Shown piece by piece: positions 48,037-56,691 of a stretch of DNA of 64,000 nt; position 1 is the first letter of the stretch; every line of letters begins with the position of its first letter. This DNA is from Escherichia coli (GTDB lineage Bacteria > Pseudomonadota > Gammaproteobacteria > Enterobacterales > Enterobacteriaceae). The position numbers and the translations under genes were made by a program. The stretch lies in the NCBI RefSeq assembly GCF_041248615.1, contig NZ_CP158426.1. The stretch is one strand, 5' to 3'. Below the pieces are notes generated by a model. That model saw only the letters and a program-made list of their open reading frames with translations, had not been told where the DNA came from and did not search any database.

Positions 48037-48260
48037 GATTGCAACCCCCGCTGACAACTACAGCGCACAACCGCGCCAGCGGTTTTTTTGTGCGTACCGT
48101 ATCGCCACGTCTTTTTCGCGCCAGAATTATGGCGGGGCGTATGGGGCCGACTTCGGTCGGGCCGGTTTCTGTAGTTGCCGGTGGTTGCAACCCTGTACGT
48201 CTCGCCACCCAGAATTGCAACCTCTGGATGGTGAGTTTTCAAAACTTGCAACTACAGAGG
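48037..48260. repeat. non-coding repeat cluster (TTGCAAC and CAACTACAG motifs, with hairpins)
   Basis: TTGCAAC at about 48040, 48185, 48216, 48247; CAACTACAG at about 48054 and 48250 with inverted copy tgtagttg at about 48171; ccgacttcggtcgg tetraloop-type hairpin at about 48145. Confidence 0.5.
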
Positions 48261-48267
48261 CCACACC

Positions 48268-48492
48268 ATGGCAAACCGCAAACAACAGCGCGCATACGCT
48301 GCGCGTCGTCACATCCAGACTGAAATCAACCGCAGACTTTTCCGCGCATTCCGCGTCGCGCATATCATGCACATCAATATGCTGCATGAGCGCAGCCACG
48401 CACTGTCAAACATGTATTCCGCCGCTGTATTCAGCTACCTGGCGGATGACCTGCGCGAGCTGCAGGACCTCATTAACCAGCACCACCACTAA
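48268..48492 (+). CDS. hypothetical protein (74 aa)
   Basis: ORF with RBS agagg upstream, downstream of repeat cluster. Confidence 0.4.
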   Translation: MANRKQQRAYAARRHIQTEINRRLFRAFRVAHIMHINMLHERSHALSNMYSAAVFSYLADDLRELQDLINQHHH

Positions 48493-48560
48493 TCAACATC
48501 CCGGAGCCATCCCGCCCCCGTACGCGGGAGGCTTCCGCACGTCCGTTTCCGGAGGTTCTC

Positions 48561-48974
48561 ATGAAGAGCGTTAAGGGACTTTCAGATATTCAGGATTTTT
48601 TTAACTGGATGTGGGCGGTGGATCCACGCCTCGCTTCCCGTCTCAATGACCTGCACGACTATTACCGCCGCGCCTGTAAACAGGCAGCCCGCAGCGCTGC
48701 CACATACGGGGATTTTTCCTTCACCGTTGACGACCGTTACCGCGTGGATGTCAGAGACCAGAACCACAGCCTGGAGCTGGGCCTGTTCCACATCAACGGG
48801 TGCGACAGCAGCGTTATCAGCTGGTCATCGTCAGAAATGGTGCTCGTTCTGGAAATGACCACCCACAGCGTGGTCGTGAAAGGGATTAAAACAGCAGAAG
48901 ACTTTATCGCTGAATACCAGCGCCTTCTTGTGCTGTACCGGGCTGCATTTCAGAAGGCAACAGCAGGGGAGTAA
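48561..48974 (+). CDS. hypothetical protein immediately upstream of gene A (137 aa)
   Basis: ORF ending 5 nt before gene A start. Confidence 0.45.
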   Translation: MKSVKGLSDIQDFFNWMWAVDPRLASRLNDLHDYYRRACKQAARSAATYGDFSFTVDDRYRVDVRDQNHSLELGLFHINGCDSSVISWSSSEMVLVLEMTTHSVVVKGIKTAEDFIAEYQRLLVLYRAAFQKATAGE

Positions 48975-48979
48975 GCGGA

Positions 48980-51490
48980 ATGAGCCATCACCACACGCAC
49001 CTGGCGTACCCGTGGAACGCCCCGCTGCCGGTTATTGATCCTGAGACATTCGGCAGAGCATTACCGCAGAAGCCAACCGCATTACAACGGGCAATCCGTG
49101 ACTACCTCACCGAAGACATTCGCACTGAGGCCCGGCTGGATGAAGAAACCGTGGCCTTCCTGACAACCACGGACAAAGGTAAGCAAATTAATTCACACCT
49201 TCACCGGGACGAAGAGCGGCAGATAAGGCTGGATAAGCTGGCACGACACAGACGCGAAAATCCGCCAACGGCGGTATCGGAGGCGATAGCCGAACTTCGC
49301 ACCCTGCCCTCGTTTCTTGCCAGTGTGTTGATCCGTGATCTGGCACGACTGAACCGGAAACAGCAAAGTGCCCGCAGTGAAGGTGTAAAAAACAACAGCG
49401 CATACGTGGCCGATAATTTCGTTCGCCGTGGACTGCGTGCGCGCCTGAAACGTATTGAAAGGGTTAACGACCGCTTTGCAACGCCGGCATTCAAAACCAC
49501 CGTCGTGCGCCATCGCCTTGAAGAACTGCTCACACTGCCGCAACTCACCCGTGACGAAATCCAGCGCATCGCCACACTGACAGCCCAGGCATTCGCCGCA
49601 GAATTTGAACGCATATGTGATGAAGTTCTTGAACGGACAGGCAAGGATAATGACAGCCCGGTTATCTGGCTGCTGGCCTACCAGAAGGTGGCACGCACAG
49701 CCTTAATTCTGGGCATGGTCCCGCCATACTGGCCGGAACTCGAAATCAGGCACAACCGACGCACACCGCCGGACCCTGAACGGGTTCCGGGTGCGGTACT
49801 GCGCATCACCTGCGCGACCTGGTGGAACAACCAGTTACGCCACGTCGCCGATCTCTGGCGGGAGGAGTTACTGCGCGCCGCCGGCAGAGTGTCACGTAAA
49901 CAATCCCCCTATATCAGCCATGAGTCACTACTGGAGTTCCGCGAGAAGCGCCAGCGCACCTGTGACTTTCTCAAAAGCTGGGATATTGAAAACGAAGACG
50001 GCGAGCGCCTGAGTCTGGAGGACGTGTACTGGGCTGGCCTGGGTAATCCACGCAACCGCCGCAATGAAATGATGGTCTGCGTCAGAGGGATGGAGATGGT
50101 GGCCGAATTACGGGCTGACGTCGCATTCTTCATCACAGTAACCACCCCTTCCCGCTTTCACAGCGTGAACGAGAACGGCAGCCTGAACCCGAAATACAAC
50201 GGTGCCACAGTACGAGATGCCAGTGATTATCTGGTTTACGACTTCTTCGCAGCCGTAAGAAAAAAAATAAAAAAAGAGGGGCTGGGCTGGTACGGCGTGC
50301 GAACCGCTGAGCCACACCATGACGGCACGCCACACTGGCATATGCTGGTATTCACTTCCCCGGAGAACGCAGAGCGCATCATCGAAATTATGCGCGAAGC
50401 AGCAATTAAATCAGATCGCCACGAACTGGGGGACGATATTTCACCGCGCTTTAAATGCGAGAAGATAGACCCGGAAAAAGGCACACCGGCAAGCTATATC
50501 GCAACCTATATCGGTAAGAACCTGGACGCCAGCGCTTTCCACAACAATGATCCGAAAACCGGAAAACCTTACGTTGATGAGGAATCCGGGAAAACCATGG
50601 CGGAAACCGTGGAGAACGCCATTGCCTGGGCAAGCCTTCACCGCATCCGTCAGTTCCAGTTTTTCGGCATTCCGCCCCGCCAGGTATGGCGTGAACTCCG
50701 CCGCCTTGCAAGCCAGATGGAGCGCAACCCGGCATCACCGAAGCACCTCGATCATGACGATATTGACGCCATTATGGCTGCCGCAGATGTGGGATGTTTT
50801 GCCACCTACATCATGAAACAGGGTGGTGTGCTCATTCCGCGCAACCAGTATCTGGTCCGCACCGCATACGAAACCGCAGACGAAGCCAACGACTACGGTG
50901 AATTCCCTCAACGTATCTACGGAATCTGCGCCCCGTCGCTCGGAGAGCGGTACACCATATGCACCCATCCGGACGAGTGGAAACTGGTTAAAAAAGAAAC
51001 AACACCAGACAACCGCACGGGCGAGGGTTTTGACCTTCATGGCGACCCCGTCGCCCCTTGGACTCGTGGCAATAACTGTCCCCGGGATGAAAAAACAGAC
51101 AATCACGGACCAGAAAACAGGCAGGACCCCGGACGACTGACGCTTCCCGAAGAGAACCTGGAAAGCTGGCTGAATACGTTAAGCAGGGGCGATCGGAGAA
51201 AACTGCGTAATCAGATTAAAAATCAGCCGTCGGGCGCAAAAACCGGACAAAACGACACCACACCGGCATCTGACACCCCTGTAAGGGTGGGGATTGTCGT
51301 GCCTGCGGATACCGCGACGGACACGCAAATCGCCCGCGAACTTGATGCGCTGGGTGTGCAGTTGCCTGACGCGGCCATCATCTCCGTGCGTAACGGTGCC
51401 CGTGTGCGTCTGGATAACGGGGGAACAGCGTACTGGGATGAGTCAGCCCGTCACATCATCACAGAGCAGCCAGTGGAGGCGGGAGCATGA
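48980..51490 (+). CDS. A: replication initiation endonuclease, P2 gpA-like (rolling-circle)
   Basis: 836 aa ORF in the gene A position; HUH-type GTPHWHMLVF motif. Confidence 0.8.
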   Translation: MSHHHTHLAYPWNAPLPVIDPETFGRALPQKPTALQRAIRDYLTEDIRTEARLDEETVAFLTTTDKGKQINSHLHRDEERQIRLDKLARHRRENPPTAVSEAIAELRTLPSFLASVLIRDLARLNRKQQSARSEGVKNNSAYVADNFVRRGLRARLKRIERVNDRFATPAFKTTVVRHRLEELLTLPQLTRDEIQRIATLTAQAFAAEFERICDEVLERTGKDNDSPVIWLLAYQKVARTALILGMVPPYWPELEIRHNRRTPPDPERVPGAVLRITCATWWNNQLRHVADLWREELLRAAGRVSRKQSPYISHESLLEFREKRQRTCDFLKSWDIENEDGERLSLEDVYWAGLGNPRNRRNEMMVCVRGMEMVAELRADVAFFITVTTPSRFHSVNENGSLNPKYNGATVRDASDYLVYDFFAAVRKKIKKEGLGWYGVRTAEPHHDGTPHWHMLVFTSPENAERIIEIMREAAIKSDRHELGDDISPRFKCEKIDPEKGTPASYIATYIGKNLDASAFHNNDPKTGKPYVDEESGKTMAETVENAIAWASLHRIRQFQFFGIPPRQVWRELRRLASQMERNPASPKHLDHDDIDAIMAAADVGCFATYIMKQGGVLIPRNQYLVRTAYETADEANDYGEFPQRIYGICAPSLGERYTICTHPDEWKLVKKETTPDNRTGEGFDLHGDPVAPWTRGNNCPRDEKTDNHGPENRQDPGRLTLPEENLESWLNTLSRGDRRKLRNQIKNQPSGAKTGQNDTTPASDTPVRVGIVVPADTATDTQIARELDALGVQLPDAAIISVRNGARVRLDNGGTAYWDESARHIITEQPVEAGA

Positions 51491-51918
51491 CGCGATTTTG
51501 CTGCACCATGCAGCGCCCACAGTTTGAGGCCATCATGCGCCAGCGTATGCCGGTGCTGACACTGTTCAGGCCTGCCACAAGGCCACAACCGGGCGACGAG
51601 CTGGAAATCACGATAGTCAGCCCCGATCGCACCACGGAGACCACCATCGCCGACATACTCAACAGGCGGCCGGGCAGCGAGAGCCATAGCTGGACTGTCG
51701 TCATTCGTCCGCGCCGTTCGCCGGAGGAACCGGAGCCGTGCACGCCTGCCGGGAAAATCATGCAGAGATATCACGAAGAGCGGACACGCAGGCACAACGG
51801 CGGACTGGCCAGAACACTGAACACAGTCAATCACAAGGCCGCGCTGGCGCGAATGGTCTTTTCACCACAACGCAATTCATTCGCCAGACCAGCACAGAAC
51901 GGGAGGAAACAACAGTGA
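51487..51918 (+). CDS. hypothetical protein (143 aa), translationally coupled to gene A
   Basis: ATGA overlap with A stop; RBS ggagg upstream. Confidence 0.4.
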   Translation: MTRFCCTMQRPQFEAIMRQRMPVLTLFRPATRPQPGDELEITIVSPDRTTETTIADILNRRPGSESHSWTVVIRPRRSPEEPEPCTPAGKIMQRYHEERTRRHNGGLARTLNTVNHKAALARMVFSPQRNSFARPAQNGRKQQ

Positions 51919-52109
51919 GCAGAATATTACTTTTTCTGCTGTTTTTCGCGCCATTCGCACAATCAGCCACGCCGAACTGCGTAGCGAAAAAGAGCAACAC
52001 CGTTGTCATTGTCCAGTGTGATGACGGCACGGTAACAATCACCGACTCGAGCAAAGGAAGCGTCATTGTCTGCCGTAAAGAGAAACCCTGTCAGCGAACC
52101 GAACTTTGA
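51915..52109 (+). CDS. hypothetical small secreted Cys-containing protein (64 aa, GTG start)
   Basis: GTGA overlap with preceding stop, RBS gggagga 7 nt upstream; signal-peptide-like SRILLFLLFFAPFAQSA then 4 Cys in about 45 residues. Confidence 0.4.
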   Translation: MSRILLFLLFFAPFAQSATPNCVAKKSNTVVIVQCDDGTVTITDSSKGSVIVCRKEKPCQRTEL

Positions 52110-52120
52110 AGGAAAAATAT

Positions 52121-52435
52121 ATGAACAGGAAACAGAAGCAGGAACTGAAAGGCTTCTTACGTAAAGAAATTGCCAGGCTGGAAGATGTGGAATCTCAGTC
52201 ATCAGATATTCCATTCGGAATGGATATCAACGACGCCTGTATGCTCCAGGTATACCGCATAGCTCAGGCTGCACTACAGGCAAAACCGTCAGATGGACTG
52301 GTTAGAGCAGTACGTTTCTATGAACTGGTAAAGCGTGAGAATCCGCCAGTCGAAACCGGAGCATGGCAAGACGCTGTTGACTGGGTGCTCAAAGAGGCTT
52401 GTCAGGTTGTAAACACTGGCATCAAAGGAGACTGA
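52121..52435 (+). CDS. hypothetical protein (104 aa)
   Basis: ORF 52106-52435; start at MNRKQKQ with RBS gaagga; first gene of a coupled three-gene set. Confidence 0.45.
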   Translation: MNRKQKQELKGFLRKEIARLEDVESQSSDIPFGMDINDACMLQVYRIAQAALQAKPSDGLVRAVRFYELVKRENPPVETGAWQDAVDWVLKEACQVVNTGIKGD

Positions 52436-52436
52436 T

Positions 52437-52646
52437 ATGGCTATTGCCGCAAGTTACACCATGCATCTCTATTGTGATTGTCGCCAGTGTACAAATGGTA
52501 AATATCAAACGCCAGACTTCGGTGAATATATCGGTACGTCATGGACTGGCTGTGCAAAAGAGGCGCGTAAGGATGGCTGGCGAATAAGCAAAGACAAAAC
52601 TCGTGCTTTTGCGCCCGGGCATAAAGTTTTGAGGATTAACAAATGA
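52437..52646 (+). CDS. hypothetical small Cys-containing protein (69 aa)
   Basis: Starts 2 nt after previous stop; CDCRQC...C pattern suggests a metal-binding knuckle. Confidence 0.45.
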   Translation: MAIAASYTMHLYCDCRQCTNGKYQTPDFGEYIGTSWTGCAKEARKDGWRISKDKTRAFAPGHKVLRINK

Positions 52647-53044
52647 CCACTATAACCAAAGAGCGACTACTGACAATCAGGCAGTGGCGCGAAACATACG
52701 GACCTGGTAGCAACGTTGTACTGCCAGCCGAAGAAGCGGAAAAACTGGCACGGATTGCTTTGGCATCGCTGGAAGCAAAACCAATAGGTGCTTTCCACAT
52801 TGCAGAACAGCAGGTCGATGGCACAAGTGACTACATCAAGGATGGGGAGTACCGCTTGCTGACATCTGAAGAACAAAAGATAGCCCAACTTTTAGGCGAT
52901 GCATGGAACCTGTATTTTACATTGCCAGTTGAGCATCCAATGGGTAGAGATGAATTTTGCCGGGCAATTCATCATTGCCAAAATATGGTGTTGGCACGCC
53001 CTGCCATCAGGGCGCTGGCCAGTAAGGGGCAAGGCTATAAATAG
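52643..53044 (+). CDS. hypothetical protein (133 aa)
   Basis: ATGA overlap with previous ORF; followed by terminator. Confidence 0.45.
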   Translation: MTTITKERLLTIRQWRETYGPGSNVVLPAEEAEKLARIALASLEAKPIGAFHIAEQQVDGTSDYIKDGEYRLLTSEEQKIAQLLGDAWNLYFTLPVEHPMGRDEFCRAIHHCQNMVLARPAIRALASKGQGYK

Positions 53045-53045
53045 A

Positions 53046-53077
53046 TGAGCAAAACGCCCTCCTCCAGGGCGTTTATT
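53046..53077 (+). terminator. rho-independent terminator after the coupled gene cluster
   Basis: aaacgccctcctccagggcgttt hairpin followed by atttc. Confidence 0.65.
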
Positions 53078-53081
53078 TCAA

Positions 53082-53170
53082 TGCACAATAGTGCACAAAT
53101 TTGCACAATTTTTTTGAACGACTTTTTGCCCTTCCGGCCCGTGTGGCGTCTGGATCCGTCGGGGATCCGT
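53082..53170. promoter_or_regulatory. phased direct repeats (operator or iteron-like)
   Basis: TGCACAA at 53082, 53092 and 53102 (exact 10-bp phasing); GGATCCGT twice at about 53151 and 53163. Confidence 0.45.
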
Positions 53171-53534
53171 GCGTGCACGAAAAAAGGCCTTTTTCTGCGC
53201 GCAGGTGACGGGGGAACAGCCCGCGTTTCAGGGGGTAAATAGCATTCCCTGAACGATGTTGCAGCGACACAACAGAATGGCTGTATTTCTCACGCTGAGC
53301 GTAAAAAAGACGTAAAAGCTTGATTTGATGGGGGTGAAAGATAAGGCCGTCAAAATCGCACTGAGGCAGCGAGAATATGTCGTCAGAGTTGCGGGGTTGC
53401 GTAAGCATCCGCCCGGCGATGATGGCTACAAGGTTGGAGATGTTGTGAAATTATCTGAAGGAATAACCAGCTTGCAGGAGAACCCGGGCAAAGTCAGAAT
53501 AGCGGCAGGCATCAACTCAAAAGAGGATAATGTC

Positions 53535-53634
53535 ATGAGCCACTTTAATGATTTATGCCAGATCAATCGTGAAGCTGAAGAAAAACGCGCTGAGGCAGCT
53601 CAAATTTTGCGGGATGAAGCGGCAAGGCTGATTG
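53535..53634 (+). pseudogene. 5' portion of a phage cargo gene interrupted by the IS21-family element
   Basis: RBS aagagga 7 nt upstream of ATG at 53535; the reading frame continues in phase with ORF at 56221-56625 once the IS is removed. Confidence 0.4.
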
Positions 53635-53829
53635 ATTGCGTATTTTCATGAAAGGAGATCACTCAATAACTTCCATCGAGATCGGGTAATAACATTTGAA
53701 CAGATCGCTGAATAACATCGATGGAGATCACTTTTGACTCATTTTGTTATTCAGTGATCTCCATCAATGTTATTGGAACTTCACAGGTGTGTTGATCTGT
53801 ATCTTTTGCCATTCCGGTAAAGGATACCT

Positions 53830-55371
53830 ATGCCAACAGTTCCAATTTCTATGAGAAAACTTAAAGAAATTCTTAGGCTTAAATACGGTGTTGGACTCAG
53901 CCATCGACAAATTGGTCGTAGTCTTGCAATCTCCCCTTCCGTTGTATCCAGATATGCTAATCGGGCGGCTCAACTTGGCATAAAGCAGTGGCCCTTACCT
54001 ACAGGATGGGATGATACAAAACTAAAACATGCGTTCCTTCAGACCCAGGTTAAGATGAAGAAGCACTCTCTGCCTGACTGGGCTACAGTACACCGGGAAC
54101 TGCGTAATAAATGCGTGACGCTGCAGCTACTCTGGGAAGAATACTGTGAGCGTAATCCAGGCGGTTTTTACAGCTATAACCATTACTGCCGGATGTACCG
54201 TGAATGGCTCAAAACCACTTCACCATCAATGCGTCAGGTACATAAAGCTGGCGAAAAACTTTTCGTTGATTACTGTGGACCTACCGTTGGCGTTACCGAC
54301 CCTGAGACCGGAGAAATAAGAACTGCTCAGGTCATCGTAGCTGTTCTCGGGGCATCAAGTTACACATGGGCAGAGGCCACCTGGTCTCAGCAGCTTGAAG
54401 ACTGGGTGATGAGTCATGTTCGCTGCTTCCAGTGGTTGGGTGGCGTTCCTGAACTTGTTGTTCCGGACAATCTGAAAAGCGCCACATCCAGGGCATGTAA
54501 GTATGATCCTGACGTTAACCCTACCTACCAGCAGATGCTTGAGCATTATAATGTCGCAGTTTTGCCTGCGCGGCCACGTAAACCGAAAGATAAAGCCAAA
54601 GCTGAAGTTGGCGTTCAGGTTGTTGAACGCTGGATCATGGCCCGAATCAGGCATGAGATCTTCTACAGCCTTGCATCGCTTAATCAGCGCATTCGGGAGT
54701 TGCTGGAAAGACTGAATAACAAAATAATGCAGAAGTTGGGTTATTCACGTGCAGAACTCTTCATCCAGCTTGATAAACCCGCACTGAAGCCTCTTCCTGA
54801 AGCCAGTTACAGTTACACCCTGGTGAAGAAAGTCAGAGTTCATGCCGATTACCACGTGGAAATCGACAAACATTACTACTCGGTTCCATGTTCGCTGTTA
54901 GGCCAGCAACTGGAAGCATGGATCTCCGGAGAACTGGTAAGACTCTTCAATCAGGGGCAGGAGGTTGCTGTGCACCCGCGCAAGCGTACTTATGGCTACA
55001 GTACCCGCAACGAGCACATGCCTGAAGCTCATCGACAGCATGCCACCTGGACGCCAGAGCGTCTTCTGGAATGGGCGGGGCACATAGGCAGTGAAACTCA
55101 TAGTTATGTGCTTCATATACTGAACTCTCGTCCACATCCGGAACAAAGCTATCGCTTCTGCCTTGGACTCCTGAACCTTCATAAAAAATACAGTAAAGCC
55201 AGACTTAATGCAGCATGTGCAAGAGCTCTGAAAACAAAGGTATGGCGTCTGTCAGGTATTAAATCGATCCTGGAAAAAGGTCTGGATAAACAACCTGTTC
55301 AGGATCCAAAACCAGATCTGTTATCCACGATGGAACACGAAAACGTACGCGGCAGTGAGTATTACCACTGA
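53830..55371 (+). CDS. istA: IS21-family transposase IstA
   Basis: 513 aa ORF; N-terminal HTH (LSHRQIGRSLAISPSVVSRY) and integrase-like core. Confidence 0.85.
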   Translation: MPTVPISMRKLKEILRLKYGVGLSHRQIGRSLAISPSVVSRYANRAAQLGIKQWPLPTGWDDTKLKHAFLQTQVKMKKHSLPDWATVHRELRNKCVTLQLLWEEYCERNPGGFYSYNHYCRMYREWLKTTSPSMRQVHKAGEKLFVDYCGPTVGVTDPETGEIRTAQVIVAVLGASSYTWAEATWSQQLEDWVMSHVRCFQWLGGVPELVVPDNLKSATSRACKYDPDVNPTYQQMLEHYNVAVLPARPRKPKDKAKAEVGVQVVERWIMARIRHEIFYSLASLNQRIRELLERLNNKIMQKLGYSRAELFIQLDKPALKPLPEASYSYTLVKKVRVHADYHVEIDKHYYSVPCSLLGQQLEAWISGELVRLFNQGQEVAVHPRKRTYGYSTRNEHMPEAHRQHATWTPERLLEWAGHIGSETHSYVLHILNSRPHPEQSYRFCLGLLNLHKKYSKARLNAACARALKTKVWRLSGIKSILEKGLDKQPVQDPKPDLLSTMEHENVRGSEYYH

Positions 55372-55382
55372 TACGGGATCCA

Positions 55383-56132
55383 ATGATGAATCATCTTTAC
55401 GAACAACTGACCGCACTTAAACTCACCGGCTTCCGTGATGCGCTTAAAAAGCAACTTGCTCAGCCGGGCACATACCAGGAGCTGGGCTTCGAAGAACGCC
55501 TGTCATTACTGACAGCAGAAGAACTAACCTGCCGTGAAAACAGGAAGGCAGAGCGTCTGATCAAACATGCACGGTTCAGACTTAATGCTGAGTTATCAAA
55601 GCTGGATTATCGTAACAATAGAGGGCTGGACAGGGCCCTCATCCGTTCACTCAGTCAGGGAAACTGGTTAACCCTGAAACAAAATATTTTACTGACCGGG
55701 GCCACCGGCAGCGGTAAAACGTTCCTGGCATGTGCACTTGGTCATAATGCCTGCCGACAGGGATACAAGGTCTACTATTATCGCCTTAAAGCGCTGATGG
55801 AACAGTGCTATCAGGGGCATGCTGATGGAAGATACAGCAAACTTTTGACCAGGCTGAATAATAGCGATCTGCTGCTTCTGGATGACTGGGGGCTGGAACC
55901 TCTCTCATCAGAACAGCGTAGCGACCTGCTGGAAATAGTGGATCTGATGTACCAACGAGGCTCAATCATCGTAGTGAGCCAGTTGCCGGTGGAAAACTGG
56001 TACAAAATGATCGGAGACTCCACACATGCGGATGCCATCCTAGATCGACTGGTTCATGGCAGTATCAAGATCGAACTTAAAGGAGAATCAATGCGGAAAA
56101 TACAATCTCCGTTGACCGAAGGAGATCAGTGA
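55383..56132 (+). CDS. istB: IS21-family helper ATPase IstB
   Basis: 249 aa ORF with Walker A GATGSGKT and Walker B LLLLDDWG. Confidence 0.85.
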   Translation: MMNHLYEQLTALKLTGFRDALKKQLAQPGTYQELGFEERLSLLTAEELTCRENRKAERLIKHARFRLNAELSKLDYRNNRGLDRALIRSLSQGNWLTLKQNILLTGATGSGKTFLACALGHNACRQGYKVYYYRLKALMEQCYQGHADGRYSKLLTRLNNSDLLLLDDWGLEPLSSEQRSDLLEIVDLMYQRGSIIVVSQLPVENWYKMIGDSTHADAILDRLVHGSIKIELKGESMRKIQSPLTEGDQ

Positions 56133-56220
56133 AGGTAATTTAAAAACGGTTCTGTGAAAGTGACACGAACCGATCTCCATCGATGTTACTCACCGATCTC
56201 CTTCACGGTAATACGCAATT

Positions 56221-56625
56221 GATTTCTATGAAGAATGGCTGGGGCTTCCATCCATGTACTGGGAAGACGATGATGGCGACCTGCACCGCTACGTGGAGAC
56301 AGGCTTGCCATGTAAGACAGCGGCGGATTTTAGTCCTCTTTCAGTCCACAATATCGCATCTGCACCAGACAATATTTTCCGCATGGCCGTGCGAACCTGG
56401 GTTAAGTCATCTGACAGCAGCTACCCGGTAAGCGTGGTTATTGCACTTGAATTATATTCAGTAGATGCGGAACGGGTGTCTCTGAGAGTCCGGGTGGAAG
56501 ACGATATTTCTGTTCGCGTATTTATCAATAAACCCAGCGAAGAAGCCTGGGGCGATGTTGTTATGCACATGAAAAAGCACATCGCTAATCACCTGAAAAA
56601 GCGAGCGCCATCAGCACTTCGTTAA
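56221..56625 (+). pseudogene. 3' portion of the IS-interrupted phage cargo gene
   Basis: Open frame from the IS right junction (DFYEEWLGLPSMYWEDDDGDLHRY...) to stop at 56625, in phase with the upstream fragment. Confidence 0.4.
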
Positions 56626-56691
56626 GCAGAGCTGGAGAGTCGGGGCATAAATTTTTTATGCCCCGGCGAAGCAGCAGACAAGCGAAGCGCG

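Larger units (their letters stand above)
53635..56220 (+). mobile_element. IS21-family insertion sequence (istA-istB); boundaries approximate
   Basis: Terminal inverted repeats (left attgcgtattttcatgaaaggagatc; right gatctccttcacggtaatacgcaat) with internal repeated gatctccatcgatgtta motifs near both ends; encodes IstA-like transposase and IstB-like ATPase. Confidence 0.8.

Noticed and set aside
47957-48574. 205-aa plus-strand ORF across the repeat cluster
   Set aside because: S/T/C/A-rich low-complexity translation across a repeat and hairpin-rich segment; overlaps a more protein-like 74-aa ORF in another frame; more likely non-coding.
53073-53408. 111-aa minus-strand ORF across the TGCACAA repeat region
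   Set aside because: Covers terminator and repeat sequences and opposes the local gene direction; no RBS; likely non-coding regulatory DNA.
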